A stretch of 64,000 nt of DNA from Camelus ferus (Eukaryota). The translations under genes were made by a program, and so were the position numbers. The notes below the pieces were generated by a model. It was not told the DNA's origin and searched no databases. It worked only from the letters and a program-made list of their open reading frames with translations. The DNA is taken from contig NC_045698.1 of the NCBI RefSeq assembly GCF_009834535.1, forward strand, positions 3,970,001-4,034,000, given 5' to 3'. This document shows, piece by piece, positions 53,147 to 64,000 of this stretch (positions within the stretch are counted from its first letter, which is position 1; every line of letters begins with the position of its first letter).

Positions 53147-53669
53147 GGAGAGTCAGCACAGGAATCCGTACATCTGAACACTGTGCGTCCAGCGACACTC
53201 TTTTCTGTATCTTTGCCTCAAATGTGATGCCTTGGACTTCAGGATATCACAACTGAGAAAATTAGTGTAGAATCAAGAGGACAGGCTCGACAAGCATTTA
53301 AAGCACTTTGCCAGAATTTCACTTTTAATGATGCGACTGCAAATGAGTGTGGGTTTGTAATTAGGAAGCAGAACAGATGGTGAAGTCTTCCTTTAAAGTG
53401 TTCATTAAGATAACCTACACTGCCAAGTTACTGTTCCCGCTCTGAGGCTGCTGCTCAGTTGAAATGCATTGCGCAGAGATGAGGCGCAGCAAGGATCACT
53501 GCAGTGGGGAATCTAGCATGGCTGTTTCCCCAGTGTCTGCCAATTTCCAGATGCGTGCAGGGTGGAGCCTAAAAATGGTTACAGAATATCGGAAGCTACA
53601 GAGCACCCATCTCATACACATGTGGTCTTTTAGCACTGTGTAGAGACACGCAGCTCCCCAGGCTATGGG

Positions 53670-54150
53670 TCAGAGGCAGCCTCTCTGGGAGACCCATAAT
53701 GCCCGCTCTGTGGTACCCTCCCCGCCGTGCGTGGGCTGGACTTAATGGCCGGCTCCTAACAAATAGAGCAGACAGAAGTGATGGGATCTCACCTCTGAAA
53801 TTGGGCTGCAAGAACACTGGCTCCCACCTTGGGCACCATCTCTCACTTGCTCGGAGGGAAGCCAGCTCCCAGGTTGTGAGGTGCCCTATGGGAAGCCCAG
53901 GTGCAAGGAATTGATGCCTCTGGCCAACAGCCAGTGAGGACTGAGCCACCAATAGTCACGTGAGAGAACTTGGACGTGGATCCGACCCTGCCCCAGCTGA
54001 ACCTTGGCTGCCACCTTTTGAGAGACCTCGAGCCAGAGGAACACAACTAAGGCACATCCAGATCCTTGGCTCACAGACACTGAGATAATAGGATAAGAAA
54101 TGCTGTTTTAAGTGTTGAGCAATTCATTATGCAGCAATAGATAACGAACA
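53670..54150 (+). mobile_element. MaLR LTR (MLT1F-like)
   Basis: gtgggctggacttaatg; ctaacaaatagagcagacagaagtgatgg; ggaagccagctcccaggttgtgag; tgcagcaatagataacgaaca. Confidence 0.85.
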
Positions 54151-54759
54151 CTCTCTCCAAAGAGGCAGGAGCTCAGAAATCTAAGGCTCATTTCCAATTA
54201 TTCAATGGGCAAGTTGCCCACTTATTCTTTTTCTTGTTTTCTCATTTTATGTAATTACAGTTGAGCAGTGGGTTCCTGGAATCTCAGTGAGAACATGGGA
54301 TGAAAGGCCTTGTCAAAATATTCAATAGTAATATATTTGGTCGAACTTTTACACATAATTAAAATGTCAAATTGATCTTCTGGAAAAGTAAAACAGACTG
54401 GTTATCTTTAGAATAGATTGCCAGGAATCATGCGTTTTGGTATCTCTGTGACTGTAGGTGGAGAAACGTGCACACCGAGGTTGAACCTCGTGTCTGTGAA
54501 GACAGCCCTGGGTGTGGATGTGGGTGCAGACGTGCACACGCCGACGAGTGCAGAGCTGTTTTAGGGCGAACGCTAATGGATTGCTCCCTGGCTTGTTTTA
54601 TATAATTTGTGTGAGTCACAAGTGCATTCCAGCATCCGTTTTTCTACAGGCAGTACCCCATGTTTAGGGTAAAAGAAAAATGAAACTCCCATGGGTTCCT
54701 TCCTGTCTTACTGGAGGGTCCCCTTGAGCCCATTTTTCTCTCTTGTTCTCTTTTTTCCA

Positions 54760-55360
54760 GTCTCTAAATTTTGGGATCCTTTAGGGCCCTTTCCTTAGAA
54801 CTCTTCTTTTCTGTGTATTTTCCCCTTATGTGACTTCACCCAGTCCCAATCCTTAATCACTGCATAACCTGCAGACTCTCAAACACACACATTCCTTCCT
54901 GAGCTCCAGACTCATACATCTCGACACCACCATCTGGATGTCTAAAGGAAATATTCCATTTAAAGTGTCCAGAACAACACCCCTGACTTTTTCCTGCCAG
55001 GGTTCCCTCTGTTTCCCACTCAAGTCAGTGATGGGTTTGTTCACTGAGTCTCTCAGGTGGGGACAGCTTCAAGTCCTGAAGCCCCATATCCAAGCCTTGC
55101 CGGCTCTTTCCTGAAGGCATATAACAAATATGACCCCTGCTAACCAACTGCACTGCTACCAAGCAAGGCTAACCCACCAATAACTTATGCTTGCAATCCT
55201 GTTCTGGTCTCCTAACCAGTCAGAGGCTATTTGTCACATGGTAGCCAGAGTGATGTGTTAAGACCATGTCTTAGATCGTGTCAATTTTTTTTTGTTCAAA
55301 ACCCTGCAGTGTCTTCCTATCACATTTAGAACAGAAGCAAACACATTCTAATGGCTTTAT
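54760..55360 (+). mobile_element. LINE-2 fragment
   Basis: cctgagctccagactcatacatc...catctggatgtctaa; ttgttcaaaaccctgcagtgtcttcctatcacatttagaa. Confidence 0.7.
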
Positions 55361-55782
55361 TCATCTCATCTCAAACAACAAAAGATGGCTTAAACAATGG
55401 GATAATTGAAGAGCATGTAATGAGAGAGCTGGGCTGTGGGCAGTGTTGAGAGAAATAACCACGTGTGGTGAGCCAGCCTCTCAGGCTAACGAGAGCAGGG
55501 TGAGAGGGAGAGAGGGCACTGCAGTGTGATTTGGTGCCAACCTGATTATTTTTTCAACTAGAAAACAAGAAACAGGGACAAGGTTATGATCAGAACCTAG
55601 GCCACATGTCCATTTCTCATGGGTCATTCTTTCCTGTTTCCTTTTATAAATAAAGGACAACACGTTTTGCATTTGGAAATCAAAGAATTTACACATTTTG
55701 AACCCTCGTGTTACACCTTCCAGCTCTCCAGGTCTCATAGCAACCTGGGTCTCTCTGGGGAGAGGAGCTGTCTCTTGTTTAC

Positions 55783-56102
55783 CCATCTCCGAGTCCTTGG
55801 TTGGCTCAGCGCCTGCAACTCTTTAAATCAGGGTTGGTAAATGACCCATATATGCTCTGTGGGGGCGCCATGGACATAAACTTGATAGATGAAGTAGTTG
55901 ATGGTCAAGGACTGGGTCTTAGAGTGTTGTGTCTAAAATCAGTTTGTTAAGTGATGATCCACCAGATGTGTTGTTGCCACATAGACCTTTCATGTCACTG
56001 CAAGGTAATCTGGCTTCAGTTTCCTGTTGAGGGGCAGGATATTCAATGACAACCAGAAATTTAACCCCAACACCGCTGAGTTTGGACACTGAATCTGAAA
56101 AC
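55783..56102 (-). pseudogene. Chain B exon, 320 bp
   Basis: gctgactgttgccag|...TGG|gtaaac; phase-2 start open for ~60 codons (FSDSVSKLSGVGVKFLVVIEYPAPQQETEARLPC...), then stop and frameshift. Confidence 0.35.
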
Positions 56103-57944
56103 CTGGCAACAGTCAGCACTTTCCAGTTAGGTCATTAGGCTCAAATAACAGCAATATAACAGTCAGCGAAGGAAGAAAGATGGACACAATCTGGTGCCAG
56201 ATGCCTCGAGGTGACTGTGTCCAGAAGGAAACACCAACATGCAGCTCAAGAGAAGGCGAGTCACCCCAGTGCTTGCTATCCTCCACTGGCCCCCACATCC
56301 ACTCTCCAGTGGCTTTCCTGCCCTTCTCTGCCAGGGGGCTTGCCCGACACCACCCATCACGTGGGTCCCAGACCAGGGTCCTGGCTGAATGCAGCCCGCG
56401 GGAAGCAGAGCAAAGGTGGGAAAAGAGGGAGAGCTGGTGCTTCACCCCTGCATCCTGCAGGACTCAGCCCCGCAGCCCTCTGTGAGAACAGCTCCCCTGG
56501 GCGGTCCTTCCCAGTGGCCCTTTCTCTAGGGCCTGTGATCTTTCTGGACTCCAGGAGCTCTCGTTCCTCTAAAATCCTGCTCGCTCTCTGGTGCCACTGG
56601 TCTCCAGCATCACTCCATTTGCTCTCTTACCCTTCCCCATGCTTCCTGCCCTCCCTTCATTAGAGAATCCTCATGTGACCACGGGCGCAATCTCATTTCC
56701 TGCCGGTGCCCTCAAAAATATGCATGGTTATTTCCCATATGCATGTACTTTGTACAGAATTAAACATTCTGAAGAAGGGCATTCCCTAAGAAACATGATA
56801 ATCAATTTAAAGTTATGCTCTATTAAAAACATGAGATTTGAATTCTGTTCTATAAATATCTCGTTTTCCTTATTCCTGCAGTATTTGAATGTTGGAAATA
56901 TAATCAGAATCGTTTTTGTCAAAAATACTTTCTTTCCCTTCATTTTCAAAAGGAGGTTTTTTAACTTGCTCACTCTTGGTTTGCACTCCAGGATGTGGAT
57001 GGCCTGGCATCCCTGAGGGACTCTTTCTGTCCCTGTGTTGTTTGAGGGTAAACAATTAGGTGAAGGTAGAACAGTTTTCCTTGTACTCAGGCCTTGGCTG
57101 CTGTTGATGGTTTTAATATCTCATTAGTACTTGGCTTGATGGGGTCTGTTTACAACAGAACAATAAATATCATGTCATTTATGTGCATGGGACGGGGGTG
57201 GTTTAAAAATGTGTGCCTAAGGGAGACAAAGAGATTGAGAGAGACAGACTACATGTCCCTACTCCTTCCTCAGCCGAGTCCTTATGTCCCCATTTTCATT
57301 TCCTGTCACTTCCGAATCACCAGACCTATAAAGACAGGCAAGCTGCCTATCTGATAGCCTGGAAGCAGAGCCGGTGTTTCGGGAGGTCTGATGATTAGAA
57401 CACGCAAGCAGAGCAATATGTGAGTGAAGAGAGAACTGGCATGGAACGGAGAGGGAGGAAGAAATAGATCACCTGAGGAAACATAATCTATTACAGAGGA
57501 AGAAGGAGAGAAGGGAAGGTGGGTCCAGCGTTCGTTATTCTGCACACCTGCTCTCGGGAGGCTGTAGGGCGATGAGAACACAGGGACGCGATGAGGACAA
57601 GGGAGAAGTTTGTCAGTCACATCAGGTACTTGAGAAGATGTACAAGGTTGGAATCCAAGCTCCTAGTTGATCCATGTAGCCAGGGATATGCGTAGATTTG
57701 AGGGCAGGGATTAAAAACATCCTGCCAGAGAGCTCTGTTTCTACCTTGAAGTCAGAGGGAGGCAAGATCTTGAAATAAGAGAGAGAGAGGAGAGTGGTTG
57801 AAACGTCTCTTAAGACTCCTTTAATTTATAAATTCTCGCTTCATCTCTTGTTCATTTCTTCTCAGTTTATTAAAGAAAAGCACACCGTTCTATAGAGTTT
57901 CTCAGATTCTGAATTTTGTTGATTGAAATCATTTGGTATCATTT

Positions 57945-58145
57945 TAATTTGTTTTTCAAATTATTTTTAAAAATTAAGTTTCCCTTTTTGTTCTATTTTT
58001 ATTCTTATCTTTTTTTAATTCTTTTTTTGGGTGGTGGTAATTAGGTTTATTTATTTATTTTCTTAATGGAGGTGCTGGGGAATGAACCCAGGAACCTCTG
58101 CATGCTAAGCACACACTCTACCACTGAGCCGTACCCTCCCCCACT
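57945..58145 (-). mobile_element. tRNA-derived SINE (camelid Vic-1 type) with 13-bp TSD
   Basis: Minus strand reads GGGGAGGGTACGGCTCAGTGGTAGAG...CTGGGTTCATTCCCCAGCACCTCC (A and B boxes), then an A-rich tail; TTTGGTATCATTT at 57932-57944 and 58146-58158. Confidence 0.9.
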
Positions 58146-58159
58146 TTTGGTATCATTTA

Positions 58160-58860
58160 GCAGCATCCTCTTAACTACTGATAAACGGAGTTAGAGGTTT
58201 GATCAACTTGATTTTTGCTTTTCTTCCCCCCTCCCTATGTTCTTCAATTGGAAGGCACACAATGCCTGGCTGCCTTCACTTTGTGGAGTGAGCAGCCATT
58301 GGTGATCATTAACTTGATCTTTTCATCTTTCAGGGTTGACAAAGTGGTGAGATTCTAATTTCATTATTCTGCCTTCATTTATTAGCTGGTGTATTTCTGT
58401 CTAGATGATTTTTCCTTCTACCGTTCAGAAGTCAAATGACACAGCTTACAAGGGAAGTCAGGATGGGTGCTAGATTTTCTCTGTAATTACCAGTTTTCAA
58501 AAGAATGAGCTGGTTCCCTAGCGTCCTCCGACAGTGACCAGTTAGCATTTTCTTTATAAAATCTTGAGGAACTCAAAGATGTAAGCATTTTTGATATTTC
58601 AGTCCATTGCAGTTATTATCCTATTGACACTCAAATTTTCCCCTTTGTCTAGTGAGAACCCCTGAGTTAACAGTTGCCACTGAGCTATTTGAACGTGGTC
58701 CTGGCCATCTTCAGAAGCTACCTTACTCTCTGGTGCGACATAATGATTCACTATTATGTTGTATGTTTCATGCTTAAGACCTCAATTTGCTATTTCTCCG
58801 TGGAGCTGTGGCTCGTTTATGGGAAAGGGTGTTTTAAGACCACAGAATAGTCATATTTTT
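58160..58860 (-). mobile_element. Old L1 (L1MC/ME-like) 3' region fragments
   Basis: ttaccagttttcaaaagaatgagctggttccctagcgtcctcc; cagtccattgcagttattatcct. Confidence 0.55.
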
Positions 58861-59559
58861 AAAGACATGCATATACAGTTACTTCTTAATTCTTTTCCAT
58901 TTTAGCCATGATTTATTGAATTTTTTTGAGATGCCTCTTGTTACTAGTTTATTCTGCCACCATTACCATCCTCAATGACACTGGCTTCTAACTCAAAATA
59001 AGTTGGAAAACATACCATAATTTGTGTTATAATGATAGCAACATGGCAGAATCAAACCATCACAGAGCGTTCGGGTTTTCATGGCTGGTGATCAGCATGC
59101 TGATTTCCTGGTTTAGTACTGAAGACGGGATTTTAGCTGTCTCTTAAGCCCTTTTACTCTGCTCCCAACAATCATTTAGTATTTAAATTATTAAGACTAG
59201 GTCACAATTCACATCTGAAACCTAGTTTTGTAATTACATTCTGTTTCTTAAACACCTTTTTGTTTTCTCTTGAGTTAATAATTACCTTGAACTTTTTTCT
59301 ATGGTGTGATTTTCTGAGTTTCTGTCTGTAACTGATCCCTAAACATTCCCCCCAAATAGAATGTCTTCTCATTAATTCAAACACATGAAGGAATCTGTCA
59401 ATTCTCCTTCTCACATTCTTTTTCCTTTCTTGCGTCTCCTTTCTGAAAACTTCAGCCCGAGCTGTTTCTCCCTCTGGTGCTTTGTGGTCATCCTATTATT
59501 AATCTTCACATTGCCTTTGCTTTTCTCCTTTTGAGAAATTCTGCTCCTTATATTCAATT

Positions 59560-60900
59560 ATTTCACACGTTTTTTAAAAATTCAGTTTCTAGTTTTGATG
59601 GAGCATCTTTTCAAGTACAGTCTAAGAAAAATCCCTCTGGGTAATTTTTTTTTTTTCCAAGTGTGAAAACCTCACCATGTGGCTGAACATAGAATTATAA
59701 ATTGGAAATAATTTTAAGAAATTTGAAGGCATTCTTTCACTGTGTCTTGACTAGTGTTGCAATTGATGACACCCTGCTTGTCCATCCTCTGCTTCCATTT
59801 ATGCCTGTTTTCATGCTTTATCATCTTCATTATCACTGTTCTGAAACTTTCTAATGGCAAGTCTTCATTTCCATGTTAGGTGCCTCATGGTACCTTTCAA
59901 TGTGGTGGCTTAAGTCTTTCCATCCTGGGAGTTGTATTTCTTTGACAATTTCTTCTTTTTCAATTCCCCCTTCCTTCCTTTCTGCAACTCCTATCAGTTG
60001 GATGGTACATAGTCTGAAACAATCTTCTAATATTCTTGCCATTGCTCTTTGTCTATTCATTTCTTTGCCTTTTTATTCTACTTTCTGGGCAATTTACTGA
60101 ACTTTATTTTCCAACAAGCCGATTAAATTTCTTTTTTATTTCTGTCATAATGTTTTTAATATCCCAGAGACTATTTTTGTGCTCTGGATATTCCCCTCTT
60201 ATAGATTACTATGCTTGATGCAAGTTTGCAATCTCTTATCTCTCTAAAGCCATAAATTATAATGGGTTTTACTATAAGATTCTTTTTTCCTGCTTTGGCT
60301 TTGTCTGTTTCCTCCAAGTGCCTTTTTTCCTGTTTTCTGTTCTCTATATTTCAGGATAGGACCTTTCTTCATGTATTTTGATCAGGGATGTCTGCCTGAG
60401 AGTGAGACATTGAAACTGATCTTTGAGCCCTGCATGGACATTGCTTACAGAGTGGTGGCCTTCACTGCAGGGAAACCAAGTTAGGGAACCTTTGACTATT
60501 AGTCACACTCGCCGACTTCCCTGGAAAGATCTTCCAGCCTGCTGCCCGAGCACATGAAGCTGGCCACCATCACACTGACTATTGAGAACAGGAGGGTCTG
60601 GCTCCCGTACTCAGTGAGTGGACATTCACTTGATTCTGTGTTTTCAGTATGGTTTCCTGCTGACTCATGCCTGGTGCCCTCCAGTGCAGATGGGAAATCT
60701 CCAGTCTTGTGCTGATCTGGAGGAGGGGAGGGGCTCTGTGGATCTAGCTGCTTCTAATGCACATTTTTCACCCCCTCATTCTGTCTTTAGACATCCTCCA
60801 CCCCCATCTTCAGAAGTACCAGAGCCCATCCCCAATTCCTGAAGTCTTCTAAGCAATTCCACAGAGTAAACCAGCTTGCTTCTTGGTCTACCTCCCACCC
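59560..60900 (-). mobile_element. HAL1 / L1 ORF1 remnant, antisense
   Basis: ORF 59851..60060(-) LEDCFRLCTIQLIGVAERKEGGIEKEEIVKEI...HIER resembles ORF1p LEDRSRR.NIRIIGVPE...IER. Confidence 0.7.
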
Positions 60901-61427
60901 TAAGTAGAACTTCTGATTTCTTGCTTGCTCCTCTTCTTCTGGGCTAAGACTTGAACCCTCTTCTCTACATTCTCACTGAGCAGCATTAATACTGTCTCTT
61001 TTCATGACTTCAAGTACCATCTGAATGACTATGATTTTTCTTAATCTGTATCTACTGAGAAGCCAATGCCAAGATGGTACTAGATGTGCAAGACAATATA
61101 AGACGATTCATCCCCTGCACTAAGTAGCACTGCCACGCTCAGTGTGACAGCTGTGATTTGTCAGGAGTGGCTGCCCCCTCGCTGGACTGTATTTACCATA
61201 AGGGGGGTCAGGTCAGCTGTCCGTCCCTGGCATCTGGCACATCTGGACATAGTGGGCCTTCCATTTACTTCTATGGGCTAAATGAATAAAACACACCTCA
61301 CTAGAAGGTGGAAATGTGAGTCAGATCCTGAGAAAAATGGGTGGTATTGTACTTTGGGCTGTGAAATCAAGGAAGAACCCTTCTAAAGTGACAGAAGAGA
61401 AAGGGCTATCCCACTAAAAGTCGTCAC

Positions 61428-61645
61428 CCTTGCTTCCTGCACCATATGAGCTTATTCTCTGTTCTGAGGTTGCCAAAATCAAACATCATTCTTATCCTTA
61501 GAAAAGAGAGTGATTTATTAGAATTAGCAGAAATTGAAACACTACCTTGGAAAATGCGTCTACAGGATTGTGGGTGGGTGTCCAGTACCTGGTGATCATT
61601 TTTCTGCATGGCTGCTCCAGATTTTCCTGTCTTCATAGAGTCATC
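61428..61645 (-). pseudogene. Chain B exon pair: 57 bp (61645-61589) and 69 bp (61496-61428) with a 92-bp intron
   Basis: Acceptors ggtcttttctgctctag| and cactctcttttctaag|; donors CAG|gtactg and AGG|gtgacg; both lengths are multiples of 3. Confidence 0.45.
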
Positions 61646-61826
61646 CTAGAGCAGAAAAGACCACCTGGAGGTGGGGCAGGTCCTAGGGGAGGACGCTGCT
61701 CGTCTGGCCAGTGTCTGATTCAGGCACAAACAGGTGATTCAAGAACAGAGTTTAACAAGATTCGTTAGGCAGGTCTTGCTGAAGTGAGTTGCATGATCAT
61801 TCACATAGAGCACTGTCCTGCCTATC

Positions 61827-62197
61827 TGCTATGGACCAGATGACGTGTGTTCCCAAATTCATATGTTAAAACACTAAGTCCTGATGTGAGTGCTTGAAGG
61901 TGGAGCCTTTGGGGAGGGGTAATTAGGTTTGCATCAGGCTATGAGGATGGGGTCCCTGTGATGGGATTTGTGCCTTTATGGAAGAGGCCCCAGAGAGTTT
62001 CCTCACCCCTCTCACTATGCGAGGACACGGTGCGCAGACAACCATCTATGAACCAGGAAGGGGGCTCTCACCAGACATTAAATCTGCTTGTGCTTTGAGC
62101 GTGGATTTTAGCCTCCAGAGCTGTGAGAAGTGAGTCTCTGTGGTTGATAGGCCACTCAGCCTACAGTGCTTTTGTTATGAGTCTGAATGGATGAAAA
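61827..62197 (+). mobile_element. MaLR LTR (MLT1A-like)
   Basis: tgctatggac; cccaaattcatatgtt; ggtggagcctttgggg; ccatctatgaaccaggaag; gcctccagagctgtgagaa. Confidence 0.9.
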
Positions 62198-62380
62198 TGA
62201 GGGAATCTGACCTAATGAGAGGAACCAACAAGACAGATACCCCTGGTAACTGAACTGTGTGTAAGTTGCTAAGTCAGGAGTGAAGGCAGAACCAGCACAC
62301 TCGGGAGGCAAGGGCAGCAAATGTGAAGACCTCAAGAAGGGAAAAGCAACAGAACGGAGCAGCTCTGCACATCAGGTGAC

Positions 62381-63013
62381 CTGTGGGCACTGGGTCAGAC
62401 CCAGGACTGGTAGGCGTAGTGGTGGGTAACAGGCGCTGTTGGGAGCAGATGCCACAGGCAGAGCTCAGCTTTGTAGGAAGGACCTTGTCTAAAAGCGAGT
62501 GCCCAAGGTGGTGAAGCTCCCCAAATGGGTGGCTGGTGTTAACATTTATCAGAGGCTGATTGGTCTTCAAAAGTTTAAGCAGAAGTTGGACCTCTGCTCA
62601 TGAATAGAGAGGCATGTTTGAAATGAGACCTCTGGTTCAATTGCAAATCGAAGATTCTGCTTTGATAGGGTCACATGTACAGTTTTCACATGATCATATA
62701 CAATATCAAGTAGCGACCATCCATTGTACTGTCACGTGACAGGTGAGCTTGAGAGCTTCTGCTCTCTTCGGTTTTTAAGAGCACATGACACATTGATTGA
62801 AGACATGACAAAGTATCTACCACCCCTTCCAGAATGTCCTGTGGACTTGCAGAAGTTACAACACTTTCCCTCTTGGGTTGGAACTGAGCTTTTCTTTGCT
62901 TGGTATCCGTGGTGGCTTCCTTCCTGTTTGAGGCAGTGGAGTACCTCGGAAAGAACCATGAAGTGTCGGAGGAGACTAGCTTCTGGTTCAGCCGAACATG
63001 GGCTGTTTAGAAC
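62381..63013 (-). pseudogene. Chain B large exon remnant (3' boundary uncertain)
   Basis: Acceptor aactgcctccctag| at 63013; 93 open codons, TGA, 54 open codons, then a 1-nt shift in a T run into ORF 62274..62570. Confidence 0.4.
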
Positions 63014-63361
63014 CTAGGGAGGCAGTTTTTTAATATGTAAAAGTGTGAAATTCAGGTGAAATGTCTCAACCTTTCACTGTAACCCAGTTATTTGCACATC
63101 AATCCTACATGATTCCCACGGCAACCCAAAGGGTCCAGACTGGAAGGTTTTAAACCTGAGAGTGTGTGCCTTCACGGGAGCAGGAATGGCCAGCCAGCAC
63201 ATCCACTTGTGAGGAATTTATCTAGAATGAACAGTCTGGATGCACCTGGAACCCTCCAGAGAGATTCTTCCTGTCCCCTCCCTGTGAGGCTGGGTGAGGA
63301 ACTGGTGGATCACAGTTTCCCTCTGAGCTCAGGATTCAAGGATGTCAATTAAAGTAACTTT

Positions 63362-63473
63362 TTCATTACTGAAGTATCATTGATGTATAATATTATATAA
63401 GCTTTAGGTGTACAACATAGTGACTCACAATTTGTAAAGTTTATAGTCCCTTCACAGTTATTATAAAATATTA
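63362..63473 (-). mobile_element. Extremely 5'-truncated L1 tail with 15-bp TSD
   Basis: tgaagtatcattgatgtataatattatataag...ggtgtacaacatagtgactcac, flanked by AATTAAAGTAACTTT at 63347-63361 and 63474-63488. Confidence 0.85.
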
Positions 63474-64000
63474 AATTAAAGTAACTTTAAATCTAGTGTT
63501 GCACCATTTTCTCTGTGACAGTTGTTTTACAGAATACAAAAATAAAACATTTAATCAGGAATCTGAAAAAAAGTAAAGGTCACTGTAGATCTGTAAGATA
63601 GCCAAGATCTGTGGAAGAATTATGTTCTATGACTAATGCACGATTCTAGTGAGAAAATTAGGAATCTCCTGAGTCTGGCTTCTTCCTTCGCTCCAGTCCC
63701 AATTGAAAACATATCTCTCCACAGAGCCTATGTTCCTGACAACTACCCTGTTATAGAAGAGCATGAATTGAAGAAATTATACAGTAGGTTTAAAATTTCA
63801 ATGTGTTTCTGTCAAAGAAATGAATCCCTAATGGTGGACTTTTTAAAGAACACATCTCCTGGGTGTTTGAGGAGGAGTTTGCTTTGGGACCCTTCCATTT
63901 ACATCTTCTAGTTGTGTCTCCCTGGGAGAGTGCCTGGGACAGGGAAGAAATCTCCCTGTCCACTGACTACCAGGGCTCGAGTAAGCCAGGGACACTCAAA

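Larger units (their letters stand above)
32708..63013 (-). pseudogene. Candidate decayed multi-exon protein-coding gene 'B' (5' part probably beyond the window)
   Basis: Minus-strand exons 63013-~62381, 61645-61589, 61496-61428, 56102-55783, 52735-52675, 51129-50999, 50825-48334, ~40164-39500, 33599-33317 and 32757-32708. Most junction phases agree, and frames are long with scattered stops and frameshifts. Confidence 0.5.

Noticed and set aside
58060..58143. tRNA gene
   Set aside because: A and B boxes are present, but the A-rich tail and TSD identify it as a tRNA-derived SINE.
48769..63787. Apparent plus-strand exon chain (~48769, 49974-50111, 50684-50743, ~62779-62875, ~63725-63787)
   Set aside because: Splice phases do not join (49974-50111 ends in phase 1 and hits stops in each nearby acceptor). 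Several pieces lie antisense to the better-supported minus-strand chain B.

Overview
Mammalian genomic DNA, most likely a camelid: it has a Vic-1-type tRNA-derived SINE and cetartiodactyl-type L1 3' ends, and I saw no Alu, B1 or BovB. There are no prokaryotic features, no CRISPR array and no intact protein-coding gene I can recognise. Much of the window is interspersed repeat (L1, HAL1, L2, MIR, MLT1/MLT2/LTR16 LTRs) and microsatellite, with one CpG-island promoter at ~18.6-19.35 kb. The main non-obvious signal is two minus-strand chains of splice-bounded exons that look like decayed multi-exon genes (unitary pseudogenes or derived lncRNAs). Chain B runs from >63 kb to a terminal exon at 32.7 kb, includes a ~2.5 kb exon, has mostly matching splice phases, and ends ...GLLNSFNGANVTLKFY*. 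Chain A runs from the CpG island to ~1.2 kb and has four consecutive exons whose lengths are multiples of 3. I could not identify either by name; both are hand-read inferences that need homology and RNA-seq checks. Repeat subfamily calls come from remembered consensus motifs and their boundaries are approximate.
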